The translations under genes were made by a program, and so were the position numbers. From Candidatus Latescibacterota bacterium (GTDB lineage Bacteria; Latescibacterota; UBA2968; GCA-2709665), in the NCBI GenBank assembly GCA_965219995.1, contig CBDCOX010000002.1, forward strand, positions 3,776,001 through 3,840,000: 64,000 nt of DNA, given 5' to 3'. Under the pieces are notes generated by a model. The model ran no database searches. It was not told the origin of the DNA and saw nothing but the letters and a program-made list of their open reading frames with translations. This document shows, piece by piece, positions 19,765 through 29,013 of this stretch; the stretch's first letter is position 1, and every line of letters starts with the position of its first letter.

Positions 19765-20625
19765 ATGAATTTCACATTCGGCCTGCCCAACGGCAGCATG
19801 CAGGGTCCGCTTTGCGACCTGCTCTCCCGCATCGGCCTGGACGTTCGCCCCAGGGGGCGCAACGGCCAGGTTGCGATGGAGGGACTGGAACTCGTCGATC
19901 AGGCCGTCTACATGCGTCCCCAGGACATTCCCGCGGCGCTGCTGAAGCGGCAGATCGACTGCGGCATCTGCGGCCTGGATTGCGTTGTCGAATCCGAACT
20001 CGCGCAAGGGTCCGGACCCGACAAACAGATTCGACGCCTGGCGGAACTGCATATCAGCCGCGAGACCCGCACGCCCGCGCGCGTCGTTCTTTTCGGCCGG
20101 CCGGACAGTCAACCACTGTCGCAAAATGCAACAGTGACGATCAGCTCCGAATATCCGGCGATTACCCGCGCGCGATATCCCGATGCGGACATTGATTTCT
20201 CGCACGGCAGCACGGAAATCAAGGTGGCCATGAAGCTCTTCGACTACGGTGTGGGGGTCACCATCACGGGCGACAGCCTGCACGAGAACGGCCTTGAAAT
20301 CGTCGAGGAGTTCATGGTGTCGCCAATTGTCCTCATCGCGCGGGAATCCAGGCCCGAATTCGCCGCCCTCGGCGACCTGATGGCGGGCGCGCTCGAGGCC
20401 GAGAACTATCAACTGGTCAAACTGAACGTTGACAACGCGCGCCGGCACGCCGTTCTAAAGACCCTGCCCGCGCGACGCGCTCCCACGCTCAGCCCCCTGT
20501 CGGACCGAGCCTGCGCGATCGAAACCGTCGTGCCCAGATCGCAGACGGCCGGACTCCTGATTCGCCTGCGCACGCTGGGCGCAACGGATATCGTCGTACA
20601 GGACATCAATGCGATCGTGGGATAG
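19765..20625 (+). CDS. hisG: ATP phosphoribosyltransferase (long form)
   Basis: GLPNGSM, RPQDIP, DCGICGLD, GSTEIK, TGDSLHENGL; C-terminal regulatory domain (PTLSPL). Confidence 0.9.
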   Translation: MNFTFGLPNGSMQGPLCDLLSRIGLDVRPRGRNGQVAMEGLELVDQAVYMRPQDIPAALLKRQIDCGICGLDCVVESELAQGSGPDKQIRRLAELHISRETRTPARVVLFGRPDSQPLSQNATVTISSEYPAITRARYPDADIDFSHGSTEIKVAMKLFDYGVGVTITGDSLHENGLEIVEEFMVSPIVLIARESRPEFAALGDLMAGALEAENYQLVKLNVDNARRHAVLKTLPARRAPTLSPLSDRACAIETVVPRSQTAGLLIRLRTLGATDIVVQDINAIVG

Positions 20626-20799
20626 GATCACCCGACCGGCGGATGACGTGAAAGACGCGAGGACGGGTGATCGAAGAACATCAAAGCAGCGGAGGGAAAC
20701 TGCGGAAGGGGCTAACCGGAAAGCAGTGCAGGGGCAGGTCGCCAGGAAAGGAGGCTACGCCGTCTGGACGATCGCGCCGTTACGGAATCGGGCGAGAAA

Positions 20800-20851
20800 A
20801 TCCAAAACTGATACTTGGATTTACATGAATATCTAAAACAGACATTTAGAT
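20800..20851. promoter_or_regulatory. Pair of 21-bp imperfect palindromes (operator-like)
   Basis: ATCCAAAACTGATACTTGGAT (20800-20820) and ATCTAAAACAGACATTTAGAT (20831-20851). Confidence 0.4.
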
Positions 20852-20984
20852 TTTCAAAATCAATTCGTATGTTCGATACCCTGTCTGATTCGTTGGAGAG
20901 AGCCTTCGACTGACGTACAACCGGTTGGGCGGGAGATCGTTCGGGGAATGACAGGGCGGACGTTTATTACCGTCTCGGAAGGGC

Positions 20985-21009
20985 GGGCGCCCACAAGGGA
21001 CGCCCCTAC
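20985..21009 (-). repeat. GTAG-family REP (GTAGGGGCGTCCCTTGTGGGCGCCC)
   Basis: Exact reverse complement of the copy at 33396-33420. Confidence 0.85.
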
Positions 21010-21063
21010 ATTGGCCAGGGGGAGTCACGCTGAGGTGGGGACGATGAAGAATCCGTTTTGAGG

Positions 21064-21088
21064 GTGGGGCAGACATTCCTGTCTGCCT
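21064..21088 (+). repeat. Second REP-like family (GTGGGGCAGACATTCCTGTCTGCC)
   Basis: ggcagaca-ttcc-tgtctgcc palindrome preceded by GTGG. Confidence 0.65.
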
Positions 21089-21145
21089 GCCTCGATGTCG
21101 CTCAGAATGACATGCTTTGCTAAAGCCATTGGCGAAATGTAACCG

Positions 21146-21688
21146 TCAACCGGCCTTGTAGAACAGCCGCAGGGTGTTTCCGTCTCCAAACAGGATATCC
21201 ACAAGCGCTTGTACATCGGGGTCGATCTCTACCGAACCCCCGGACTGGCTGATCAGGTTCAGGTAACGCTCCTTGTTCAGAACAAGCGTCAGGTCGTCGC
21301 CGTCCAGGTCGTACTGGCACTGAATCGTAAACCCGTCCTCACCGACCATCGTCAGAACATCTTCCTGTATCGACCATACGCCCGTCGCGCCGGATTTGTC
21401 TTCGTACGTTCTGTCGGCGTCAAACCGTATCGTCGACAGCCCGGTGTCGCGGAAACCGGCTTCCATTTCGTTCCGGAATCCAGCGACCATTCGTTGGGCA
21501 GCCGTCAGGTTCCAACCCTGATCCAGCAGGTAATTCTGGAGGTTTGCGGCTGCCGCGGTTCCGAAATCGGTTCCCTGGTAGTTCCATGTCCCTACCAGAT
21601 CGCGGACCGGTTCCGTGGGTTTTTCGTCCCCACATGACATCGCGACGCAAACAAGAGCGGTGAATCCGAAAACCGATAGCATTCTCAT
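21146..21688 (-). CDS. Lipoprotein (lipocalin-like), tandem paralog
   Basis: Lipobox VAMSC; DLVGTW motif; colinear with 21763..22305. Confidence 0.8.
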   Translation of the reverse strand: MRMLSVFGFTALVCVAMSCGDEKPTEPVRDLVGTWNYQGTDFGTAAAANLQNYLLDQGWNLTAAQRMVAGFRNEMEAGFRDTGLSTIRFDADRTYEDKSGATGVWSIQEDVLTMVGEDGFTIQCQYDLDGDDLTLVLNKERYLNLISQSGGSVEIDPDVQALVDILFGDGNTLRLFYKAG

Positions 21689-21762
21689 CGAGACGCCCTT
21701 CGCCTGTGTCACAGCCCCGGTCTCATGCCCACAGCCGCCAGGCGCACGAGAATTCCGCGCAG

Positions 21763-22305
21763 CTATCTGGCCTTGTAGAAGAGTCGCAGCGAGTCGCCGT
21801 CTCCAAACAGGATATCGAAAAGCGCCAGTGTATCCGTGTCGAGCTCAACCGCACCCTCCGTCTGCCTGATGATGTTCAGGTACCGCTCCTTGGTCAGGAT
21901 GAGCGTCAGGTCTTCGCCGTCGATAAAATACTGACACTGAATGGTATACCCGTCTTCCTCCACCATCGTGAGCACGTCGCCAAGAACCGACCAGACCCCC
22001 GAGTTGCCGGAATTATCCTCGAAGGTCCGGTCCTCATTGAATCGCACGATTTCCAGGCCGGTCTCGCGGAAGCCACGATCCATCTCGTTTCTGAATTCTG
22101 CGACGAACTGCTGCGCGGCTGCAGCGTCCACGCCTTGATTCAGCAGGTAATTCTGCAGATTGGTCGCCGCCGTCGAACTGAAATCGGTCCCCTGATACGC
22201 CCAGGACCCGACCAGATCCTGACCCGGCGCCGCAGGTTTGTCGTCACCGCAGGACAACACGAAAGCAACAACGACCGCCAATCCGAAAATTCCATTCCTT
22301 CTCAT
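21763..22305 (-). CDS. Lipoprotein (lipocalin-like), tandem paralog
   Basis: Lipobox FVLSC; DLVGSW motif; shared NLQNYLL, TIQCQY and LRLFYKA. Confidence 0.8.
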   Translation of the reverse strand: MRRNGIFGLAVVVAFVLSCGDDKPAAPGQDLVGSWAYQGTDFSSTAATNLQNYLLNQGVDAAAAQQFVAEFRNEMDRGFRETGLEIVRFNEDRTFEDNSGNSGVWSVLGDVLTMVEEDGYTIQCQYFIDGEDLTLILTKERYLNIIRQTEGAVELDTDTLALFDILFGDGDSLRLFYKAR

Positions 22306-22391
22306 AAAATCTCCCTGAATTATGGTGAAACCGATGTTGATAGGCGCAACGGGGACGCACTGCGCGGGCCTGGATGGATCCGCTGGAACGA

Positions 22392-24026
22392 TCAGAAGAG
22401 CGAGAACTCGATCTCCTTCGCCGTGATGAACTCCAGCAGCGCCGGTACGCCTTCCTCCGTCTTCCGGATTCCCCGCTCGATCGCCGGCACGATATCGTCC
22501 GGCGACTCCACGCGTTCTCCGTACCCCCCGAACGCCTTCGCCATGTCGGCATAATGCCCGGATATATCCGTGCTGCGGTACTTTTCCGTGGAAACCGGCA
22601 TGATCGGAAGCTCAATGGCCATGCTGAAATTGTTGAAGAGCACCGACAGGATGGGAATGCGCTCGCGCGCCGCCGTCTCGAAGTCCATTCCCGTAAAGCC
22701 GATGGCGGCATCGCCCCATACGTTGATGCACAGTTTGTCCGGGCAGGCCAGCTTGGCGCCCATCGCAAGGCCCAGACCGTAACCGAGTTGGGTCGTCTTG
22801 CCCCAGCCGATGTAGGAAAGCGGCGTATGCGACTCCCAGAACGGAGAAAGCTGGTCTCGCGGGCTGCCGGCGTCGTGTGTGATGATCGTGTTCGGGACGT
22901 CGACGGTCTGCATCAGATCCCGGATCACCCGATACGGCGACAGCGGCGCTTCGTTCAGCGTCAGCTTCGGCATCCATTGCGAGAGCCACTCGCGCTTTAA
23001 CGCGGCGATCTCCCGCGCCGCCTGCCCGGCCCGGCCCCGGGGCTGTCCGTCCAACCGCTCTCTGACTTCCTCCGCCAGGGCCTCCAGAATGAGTTTCGCG
23101 TCGCCCGCCAGCGCGTGCTCGACCTCGACGTCTTTGTTGATATCCCCGGGATCCAGCGTGGCGTGGAGTATCCGTTTCCCCTCCGGCATGGACACCCCGA
23201 AATTGGTGCGTGTAAAGCTGCATCCGATCCCGAAAATCAGGTCCGCCTCCTGAAGGAAGTGGTGCACGGGTTTGGGGATGGACCTGCCGCCGGATCCCAA
23301 TGACAGTTGGTGGTTCTCCGGAAAGGCGCTCTTTCCACCCAGACTGGTGGTGACGGGCGCCTCGAGCAGTTCCGCGACGTCCCGCAAGGCCTCCCAGGCT
23401 TCCGCGTAGTGCACGCCCTGGCCAGCATAGATCACGGGCCTTTGCGCATCCAGCAGCATGGTCGCCGCCTTCTCGACGTCGCGCGGGTCCGGACCGGTCC
23501 TCAGCGATGGCGCCGGACGGTAGTGGAGAGGCCCTGCAATCTCCTCGTCGAACACATCACCCGGGAATTCCACGAGCACAGGGCGGGGGCGGCCGTTGCG
23601 CACCTGCGTGAATGCCCGCCGCATCACCTCGGGCACGGTTTCCGAAAGGATGACCTGCTCGGAAAGCTTGGTGACGTGCCGGTAGTTCAGCGCCGAGTTG
23701 AAATTCGGCTGCACGTTGGTCAGCTTTCTGGAATAACCAAGCGGCAGCACGAGGATCGGCGCCGAATCCCCGAATGCCTGTGCGACGCCGCCAAATGCGT
23801 TCTCGGCCCCGGGGCCGCTCTGCATGCAGAAGACGCCGATCTGCTTACCGGACGTCATGCGGCTCAGCGCGTCGGCCATGTGCAGGCCGATCCGTTCCTG
23901 CCTGACGAGAATGGGCCGGATATCCACCTTGGCCGCGGCCTCGATGAGAGGATTCACCGGATAGGCGAACAGGTATTCCACGCCTTCTGCTTTCAGGATA
24001 TGGGCTACCGCATCTGCGACGTTCAT
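22392..24026 (-). CDS. Thiamine-diphosphate-dependent enzyme (acetolactate synthase-like family)
   Basis: RQERIGLHMAD, SGPGAEN, and the GDAAIGFTGMDFETA...NN ThDP motif. Confidence 0.9.
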   Translation of the reverse strand: MNVADAVAHILKAEGVEYLFAYPVNPLIEAAAKVDIRPILVRQERIGLHMADALSRMTSGKQIGVFCMQSGPGAENAFGGVAQAFGDSAPILVLPLGYSRKLTNVQPNFNSALNYRHVTKLSEQVILSETVPEVMRRAFTQVRNGRPRPVLVEFPGDVFDEEIAGPLHYRPAPSLRTGPDPRDVEKAATMLLDAQRPVIYAGQGVHYAEAWEALRDVAELLEAPVTTSLGGKSAFPENHQLSLGSGGRSIPKPVHHFLQEADLIFGIGCSFTRTNFGVSMPEGKRILHATLDPGDINKDVEVEHALAGDAKLILEALAEEVRERLDGQPRGRAGQAAREIAALKREWLSQWMPKLTLNEAPLSPYRVIRDLMQTVDVPNTIITHDAGSPRDQLSPFWESHTPLSYIGWGKTTQLGYGLGLAMGAKLACPDKLCINVWGDAAIGFTGMDFETAARERIPILSVLFNNFSMAIELPIMPVSTEKYRSTDISGHYADMAKAFGGYGERVESPDDIVPAIERGIRKTEEGVPALLEFITAKEIEFSLF

Positions 24027-24116
24027 GGGCTACTCCTCGCGCATACATTGTAGATTTTAGCTGATCCCTTACTGCTGCGCTTCGACGGCCCGGAAAGAGA
24101 TGCCTTTAGCCGGCTG

Positions 24117-25511
24117 TTAATTCTTCCCGCGAAACGCGTCGCCGCGATTCTCCCGGTCTCCTCCGAGCGGCCGCTGCTGGCCGCCGCCGGAAACGCCGCG
24201 TTCGCGTCCGTCTTTTTCCGGGTCGGCATAGGTTGCAAACCAATCTTCCATCATTGTCTTCATCTCTCCAACCCGGGACGCCTGAACGGCGTCTCCGATC
24301 CGGTTCTCGCGTTCGTCCGGGTCGTTCGCCAGGTCGTAGAGTTCGTTCGGCCCTTCCGGGTACCGGTGAATATACTTCCATTCCCGCGTCCTTACCATTC
24401 TGATGGGGCCGTATTCGTCGTAGACCACAACGGATTCCCTGCCTGCGTCTCCGCTGCCGAGCAGCGCGTGGAGAAAGCTTTCCCCTGGCAGATTCCGTCC
24501 TTCAGGAATCGGTAGCGACAGGTAATCCAGGAGCGTCGGCATAAAGTCATACGCGCTCACCATCGCGGGCTGAACGAGTCCTTCAGGAATCCGTCCGGGA
24601 TGGCTCATCACGGCCGGTACCTTGACCGAATTCTCGTACATGTTCAGGGGGCGCGTGCCGTTCCCTTTCCCCCAGAATCCGTGATGCCCGCAGCTGAACC
24701 CGTTGTCGCTGACGAAGACCACCAGCGTCTCTTCCCGAATGCCGTGCGCCTCCAGCCGGTCCAGAATCCGCCCCACGTCCGCGTCCATCGCCGTTACGGC
24801 CGCGAAATATCCCTTCAACATTTCGCGGTTGCCCAGGCATTGGTCCGTCAATCCGATTGCCCAGGAATGGCGGGGCTCCTGCGGGCAGGAATCGAACGCG
24901 CAGTCGTCGTAGGAATCCACCACGTCCTGCGGATGCCCGGTCCATGGGCTGTGCGGCGCGGTATAGTGGACGCTCAGGTAGAACGGGTCTTCATCGTCCG
25001 CGTGACGGTCGATGAATGCCAGCGCGTCGTCCGTTATGACGCTGGTCACGTATCCCGGCGCATCGATCAGCCTGCCGTCGCGCACCATCGGCGCATCGTT
25101 GTATTTGCCGCCGCCCCGCTGGTGAACGAACCAGTGTGCGAACCCGTGCTGCGGTAACTGGCTGTTGCCCAGGTGCCATTTGCCGCTGATTCCGCACGTC
25201 CATCCGTGTTCCGCCAGCACGTCCGTGTACGTGACTTCCTCCGCGAGGTAGGATGCCGCGTCCTCCCCCACGTTTCCACCGCTGATCCAATCGTGAACCC
25301 CGTGCTGAGAGGAAATGCGTCCCGTCAGAAACGTCGCGCGGCTGGGAGAACAGACGGGCGTTGCCACGAAAAAGTTCTCGAACCGCACGCCGGTATTCGC
25401 GATCCGGTCGATATTCGGCGTGCGTATCTCGGGATTGCCGTAGCACCCCGCCGCCCAGACGCCCTGATCGTCGGTCAGAATAAACACGACATTTGGTTTT
25501 TCAGATCGCAC
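24117..25511 (-). CDS. Sulfatase (formylglycine-dependent)
   Basis: PNVVFILTDDQ, CSPSRA, GKWHLG and SDNG motifs. Confidence 0.95.
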   Translation of the reverse strand: MRSEKPNVVFILTDDQGVWAAGCYGNPEIRTPNIDRIANTGVRFENFFVATPVCSPSRATFLTGRISSQHGVHDWISGGNVGEDAASYLAEEVTYTDVLAEHGWTCGISGKWHLGNSQLPQHGFAHWFVHQRGGGKYNDAPMVRDGRLIDAPGYVTSVITDDALAFIDRHADDEDPFYLSVHYTAPHSPWTGHPQDVVDSYDDCAFDSCPQEPRHSWAIGLTDQCLGNREMLKGYFAAVTAMDADVGRILDRLEAHGIREETLVVFVSDNGFSCGHHGFWGKGNGTRPLNMYENSVKVPAVMSHPGRIPEGLVQPAMVSAYDFMPTLLDYLSLPIPEGRNLPGESFLHALLGSGDAGRESVVVYDEYGPIRMVRTREWKYIHRYPEGPNELYDLANDPDERENRIGDAVQASRVGEMKTMMEDWFATYADPEKDGRERGVSGGGQQRPLGGDRENRGDAFRGKN

Positions 25512-25673
25512 AATCCTCTCCAGCTCCCGCAGATACGCGACTGTGACTCCGGCTTTCCGGCCGACCGGAACATTGCGCAGTGGCGAGCGGCACGTCGAAA
25601 AGTCGCCCGCAATCTAACGCCGCCCGCAAAAAAAATCAACGCGAATACCCCGCGCCCCCCGCTTCTTTTGTCC

Positions 25674-25703
25674 TTGCCTTATCCGGGGCCCGGGCGATAT
25701 TCT
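25674..25703 (+). promoter_or_regulatory. Possible sigma70 promoter upstream of element copy C and the PhyH operon
   Basis: TTGCCT-18 bp-TATTCT. Confidence 0.4.
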
Positions 25704-25711
25704 ACAAGGGC

Positions 25712-25910
25712 GGTGAGACGGTAGAAGAAAGCGGTGAGAGGGTAGACGTTAGACGGTAGATGACATCCTTGCCAGATTTGTCCTTCCGTTATGCCTCCGG
25801 CAAAAAGTGAAACCGGACGCGGCGGACAATCTCTCCCGTCTTACCTCTAACGTCTCCCCGATTTTAGGGCACTCATATCATCTCACGTCTCTCGTCTAAC
25901 GTCTCCCCGA
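25712..25910 (+). repeat. Heptamer-armed dispersed element, copy C
   Basis: Same core (atgcctccggcaaaaagtgaaacc...ggacaatctctc) and the same extra arm (ggcact..catca / ggcact..tatca) as copy A. Confidence 0.85.
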
Positions 25911-25996
25911 GGGTTAAGGGTTGCGGAGAGAAGCGCTCGAAGAATGGTGAAACAATTCTGTGACGGTAACCGGGAGCGAATGCGTAAGCTGGAGAA

Positions 25997-26914
25997 ATGG
26001 CGATGGATATTACCGGTCTTGACCATTGTATGACGGAAAAACAGCGGGACCACTTCGACCAGCAGGGCTTTCTGATCGTTGAAGACGCACTGGATTCGGA
26101 AATGCTGGATCGGATGGTGGCGGCCGGCGATCGAGTCGACGCGCGGGAACGCGAAAAACAGGGGCTCGGACCCGGTCAACTGATGAACAAATTCCGGACG
26201 ATTGTAGAAGACGACGCCTTCCTTGAATTGCTGGACCTGCCGCGTACCTTCCCGCTTATCTGGGACATCCTGGGCTGGAACGTCCAGCACTATATTTCGC
26301 ACCTGATCTACTATCCGCCGGAGCCGCGCGTCAAAGCCGATTCGAAGACCGGCGGCTGGCACCAGGACGGGGGCCGACCCGTACCGGAAATGGAGCGCCC
26401 GCATCCCCGACTCTCCCTGAAGGTCGCCTTCTGGCTGACCGACACCCGCGAGCCCGACCGGGGCGGGATCCGCATCGTACCGGGCAGTCACAAACGCGAT
26501 ATCCCGCCGGACCGCTGGCCTGAAGACGGAAACGGGTCCTCCGGAACCGCGGGGTTCGAAGACATGATGCAGGTCCGGGTAAAGGCCGGAACGGCGGTCC
26601 TGTTCGACCGGCGACTATGGCATTCCCGCGGTTTGAATACGTCCGAGACAACGCGAAAGGTGTTGTTCCTTGGATACAGCTATCGCTGGCTGAGAGGACT
26701 GGACTACAACCTGATTCCGGGCGAAATTCTCGAAAAATGCGGTCCGATCCGCCGCCAGCTTCTGGGGGACGGGGTGGACGTCAAGGGATGGTGGCAGCCG
26801 ACGGATGCCGATGTACCGCTCAAGGGATGGCTGACGAAACACAAGGGCGCGTCCTACGTGGAAAGGATCGGACAGAAGCAGTGGGAACGGGAAAAGTGGG
26901 CGGCTGTGCCCTGA
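25997..26914 (+). CDS. Phytanoyl-CoA dioxygenase (PhyH) family Fe(II)/2-OG oxygenase
   Basis: WHQD (HxD), VPGSH and distal LWHS motifs. Confidence 0.9.
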   Translation: MAMDITGLDHCMTEKQRDHFDQQGFLIVEDALDSEMLDRMVAAGDRVDAREREKQGLGPGQLMNKFRTIVEDDAFLELLDLPRTFPLIWDILGWNVQHYISHLIYYPPEPRVKADSKTGGWHQDGGRPVPEMERPHPRLSLKVAFWLTDTREPDRGGIRIVPGSHKRDIPPDRWPEDGNGSSGTAGFEDMMQVRVKAGTAVLFDRRLWHSRGLNTSETTRKVLFLGYSYRWLRGLDYNLIPGEILEKCGPIRRQLLGDGVDVKGWWQPTDADVPLKGWLTKHKGASYVERIGQKQWEREKWAAVP

Positions 26915-26932
26915 TCCCAGTTCCCCATTTCA

Positions 26933-27120
26933 GAAGCTGTCTCAAAATTCCCAGCGGTCTTCGCACGGCTGCAAAAGTGCCGGTCGGCGTTGGTCAAATC
27001 CACCCAAGAGTGGCGAGGGGCGCGCAGCCACGATACATTAAATATGGGCGGATTTTCCCGCCTTGACCGACACTTTTTCGCTCGCGCTCGGGAACTCACC
27101 GGTAATTTTAAAACAGCTTC
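26933..27120. mobile_element. MITE-like element (188 bp) with 3-bp TCA target duplication
   Basis: TCA-GAAGCTGTCTCAAAATT ... AATTTTAAAACAGCTTC-TCA (17-bp TIR, 2 mismatches); internal stem aaaagtgccggtc/gaccgacactttt. Confidence 0.75.
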
Positions 27121-27136
27121 TCAGGGAGGAAGCGTA

Positions 27137-28912
27137 ATGGACAGCGAATCGATGAGCCACGAAGAGAATTACTGCTTCGACGTCGCCGGATACCTCATCG
27201 TCAGGGGCGTCCTGAGCAGAGGAGAGATTGCCGCCCTGAATTCGGCGATCGATACCAGCGGAAAGTCGCAGGGCATGCTTGCGTGGCCGCGCCCCCTGCG
27301 CGAACCCTTTCGCGACCTGCTGGTCCATCCGCAGCTCGTCTGGTACCTGAATCAGATTGTTGGGCAGGGCTTTCGACTGGAAACCGAACCGGAATTGCTC
27401 TGCGACGACGCGCGCGGTCCGGATGCGCCCCTCGAGGGCGGCAACGAACCGCGCGATCCCACGCGGGCGTATTATTACCAGAACGGACGCCGCTTCAGTG
27501 AGACGGTTCGGGCCGTTTGGGCCCTCGCCGACGTCGAGGCGGGCGCGGGCGGGTTCGTCATTGTGCCCTGCTCACACAAATCCAACGTGGAGACCCCGGA
27601 CGACGTTCTCACCGGCAGGGACGATATGGGCCTCACGTTGCAACCCGAGCTCAAGGCGGGCGACCTTCTCCTGGTCGCCGGCGCCCTGCTTCAGGGCATG
27701 CGACCCTGGAATGGACGCGGTCAGCAACGTCTTCTGTCGTATGACTTCGCGGGTCGGGGCGCCATTCGCTGTGCCGGGACCGGGCCGAAAACCGGAGAAT
27801 CTCCCACGCCCGAGTGGATGTCCGACCTTTCAGCCGAACAGCGGGCCTCGATCTGGCGGCCCGGATACCGGAGCACGTCGCCTCCGCCAACGATTCATAC
27901 GGACGGAGAGTCGGTGCGTCTCGACGATTCGCGGGACGTCTTCCATCCATCCATCTACGTCAGGAATCCCGACTCCGGCATCGACGAGAAGGAGTTCTAT
28001 TTCTGGGACCTCTGCGGGCACCTCGTCCTCCGAAACGTGATGGACGAGGCGTGGCTGGAACAGGCGAACGAGGCCATCGATCGATTCGAAGACAGGATCG
28101 AGGTGGGCGGGGAACTCTCCCGCGGATCGAAAGCGCTGGCCGGAACCGGCCGGCCGCTGCTGCCCGACCTGTTGCGCCTTCCCGAACCTTATTGCGATCC
28201 CTTCCGGCGCATGGTCGCGCACCCTGTGGTGGAGCACCGGCTCAACTGGATGGGCGCCAGCGGCGTCAGGTTTGGCGACGCCACCGCCTTCTGTTCCGTG
28301 AAGGGCGGCTCGGGTCACTCCCTGCATGACGCAAACGAACCGCTGAATCCCGGCCGGGGATATGTCTACCAGAACGGCCGCAGCTATTGCGAGGCCGTGA
28401 CGGTCAGCTGGCAACTGCGGGACGTACCCGCGGGTCTGGGCGGGTTCGCATGCGTTCCCGGCAGCCATAAAGCCCAGTACCGCGTGCCCCCGGGGGTGCG
28501 GTCCTGCGATGACCCCATGGGCCTGGTCGTCCAGCCCGAAATGAAGGCCGGCGATGTGCTCTATTTCATGGACGGGGGCCAGACCCACGGCGCCCTGGCC
28601 TGGAAGAACGAAATCGGCCGCCGTGCCATCCTGATCAAATATTCATCCCGCAACTTCAACCGCAGCGGAGGCGAAATGGTCCACCCCGAGAACCGATGGG
28701 GCGATCTCGTGGAGGAGATGACCGACGCCCAGTTGGCGGTTATGCGCGGACCTGACCGGGACGTCTTCAACCAGAACGTCCCGCGGCTCGAAGTCCGCGA
28801 CGGCCGGGTGTCGGTTTCCTACGAGCGCGGCGGCGCCCTATATAGCAAGGACGCGCCCACCGGACCGGTGGCCAGACAGGTCCGTGGCGTATCCGAGAAG
28901 CCCAAGGGATAG
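27137..28912 (+). CDS. Tandem double-domain PhyH family protein
   Basis: Start MDSESM after GGAGGA; two repeats of FD..G.L...GGF..VP.SHK...KAGD. Confidence 0.9.
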   Translation: MDSESMSHEENYCFDVAGYLIVRGVLSRGEIAALNSAIDTSGKSQGMLAWPRPLREPFRDLLVHPQLVWYLNQIVGQGFRLETEPELLCDDARGPDAPLEGGNEPRDPTRAYYYQNGRRFSETVRAVWALADVEAGAGGFVIVPCSHKSNVETPDDVLTGRDDMGLTLQPELKAGDLLLVAGALLQGMRPWNGRGQQRLLSYDFAGRGAIRCAGTGPKTGESPTPEWMSDLSAEQRASIWRPGYRSTSPPPTIHTDGESVRLDDSRDVFHPSIYVRNPDSGIDEKEFYFWDLCGHLVLRNVMDEAWLEQANEAIDRFEDRIEVGGELSRGSKALAGTGRPLLPDLLRLPEPYCDPFRRMVAHPVVEHRLNWMGASGVRFGDATAFCSVKGGSGHSLHDANEPLNPGRGYVYQNGRSYCEAVTVSWQLRDVPAGLGGFACVPGSHKAQYRVPPGVRSCDDPMGLVVQPEMKAGDVLYFMDGGQTHGALAWKNEIGRRAILIKYSSRNFNRSGGEMVHPENRWGDLVEEMTDAQLAVMRGPDRDVFNQNVPRLEVRDGRVSVSYERGGALYSKDAPTGPVARQVRGVSEKPKG

Positions 28913-29013
28913 TCGCGCCCCGCCCGCTCGCGACATAAGTCGGCAGGACCGGCCGCGCGCACGCAGCGGACGTCTCCGCGCGCAAAACGGTAGCCGGGGA
29001 AGGAACCCCGTTT

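Noticed and set aside
26990-27136. N-terminal extension of the double PhyH ORF
   Set aside because: Lies within the MITE; a strong RBS precedes ATG 27137
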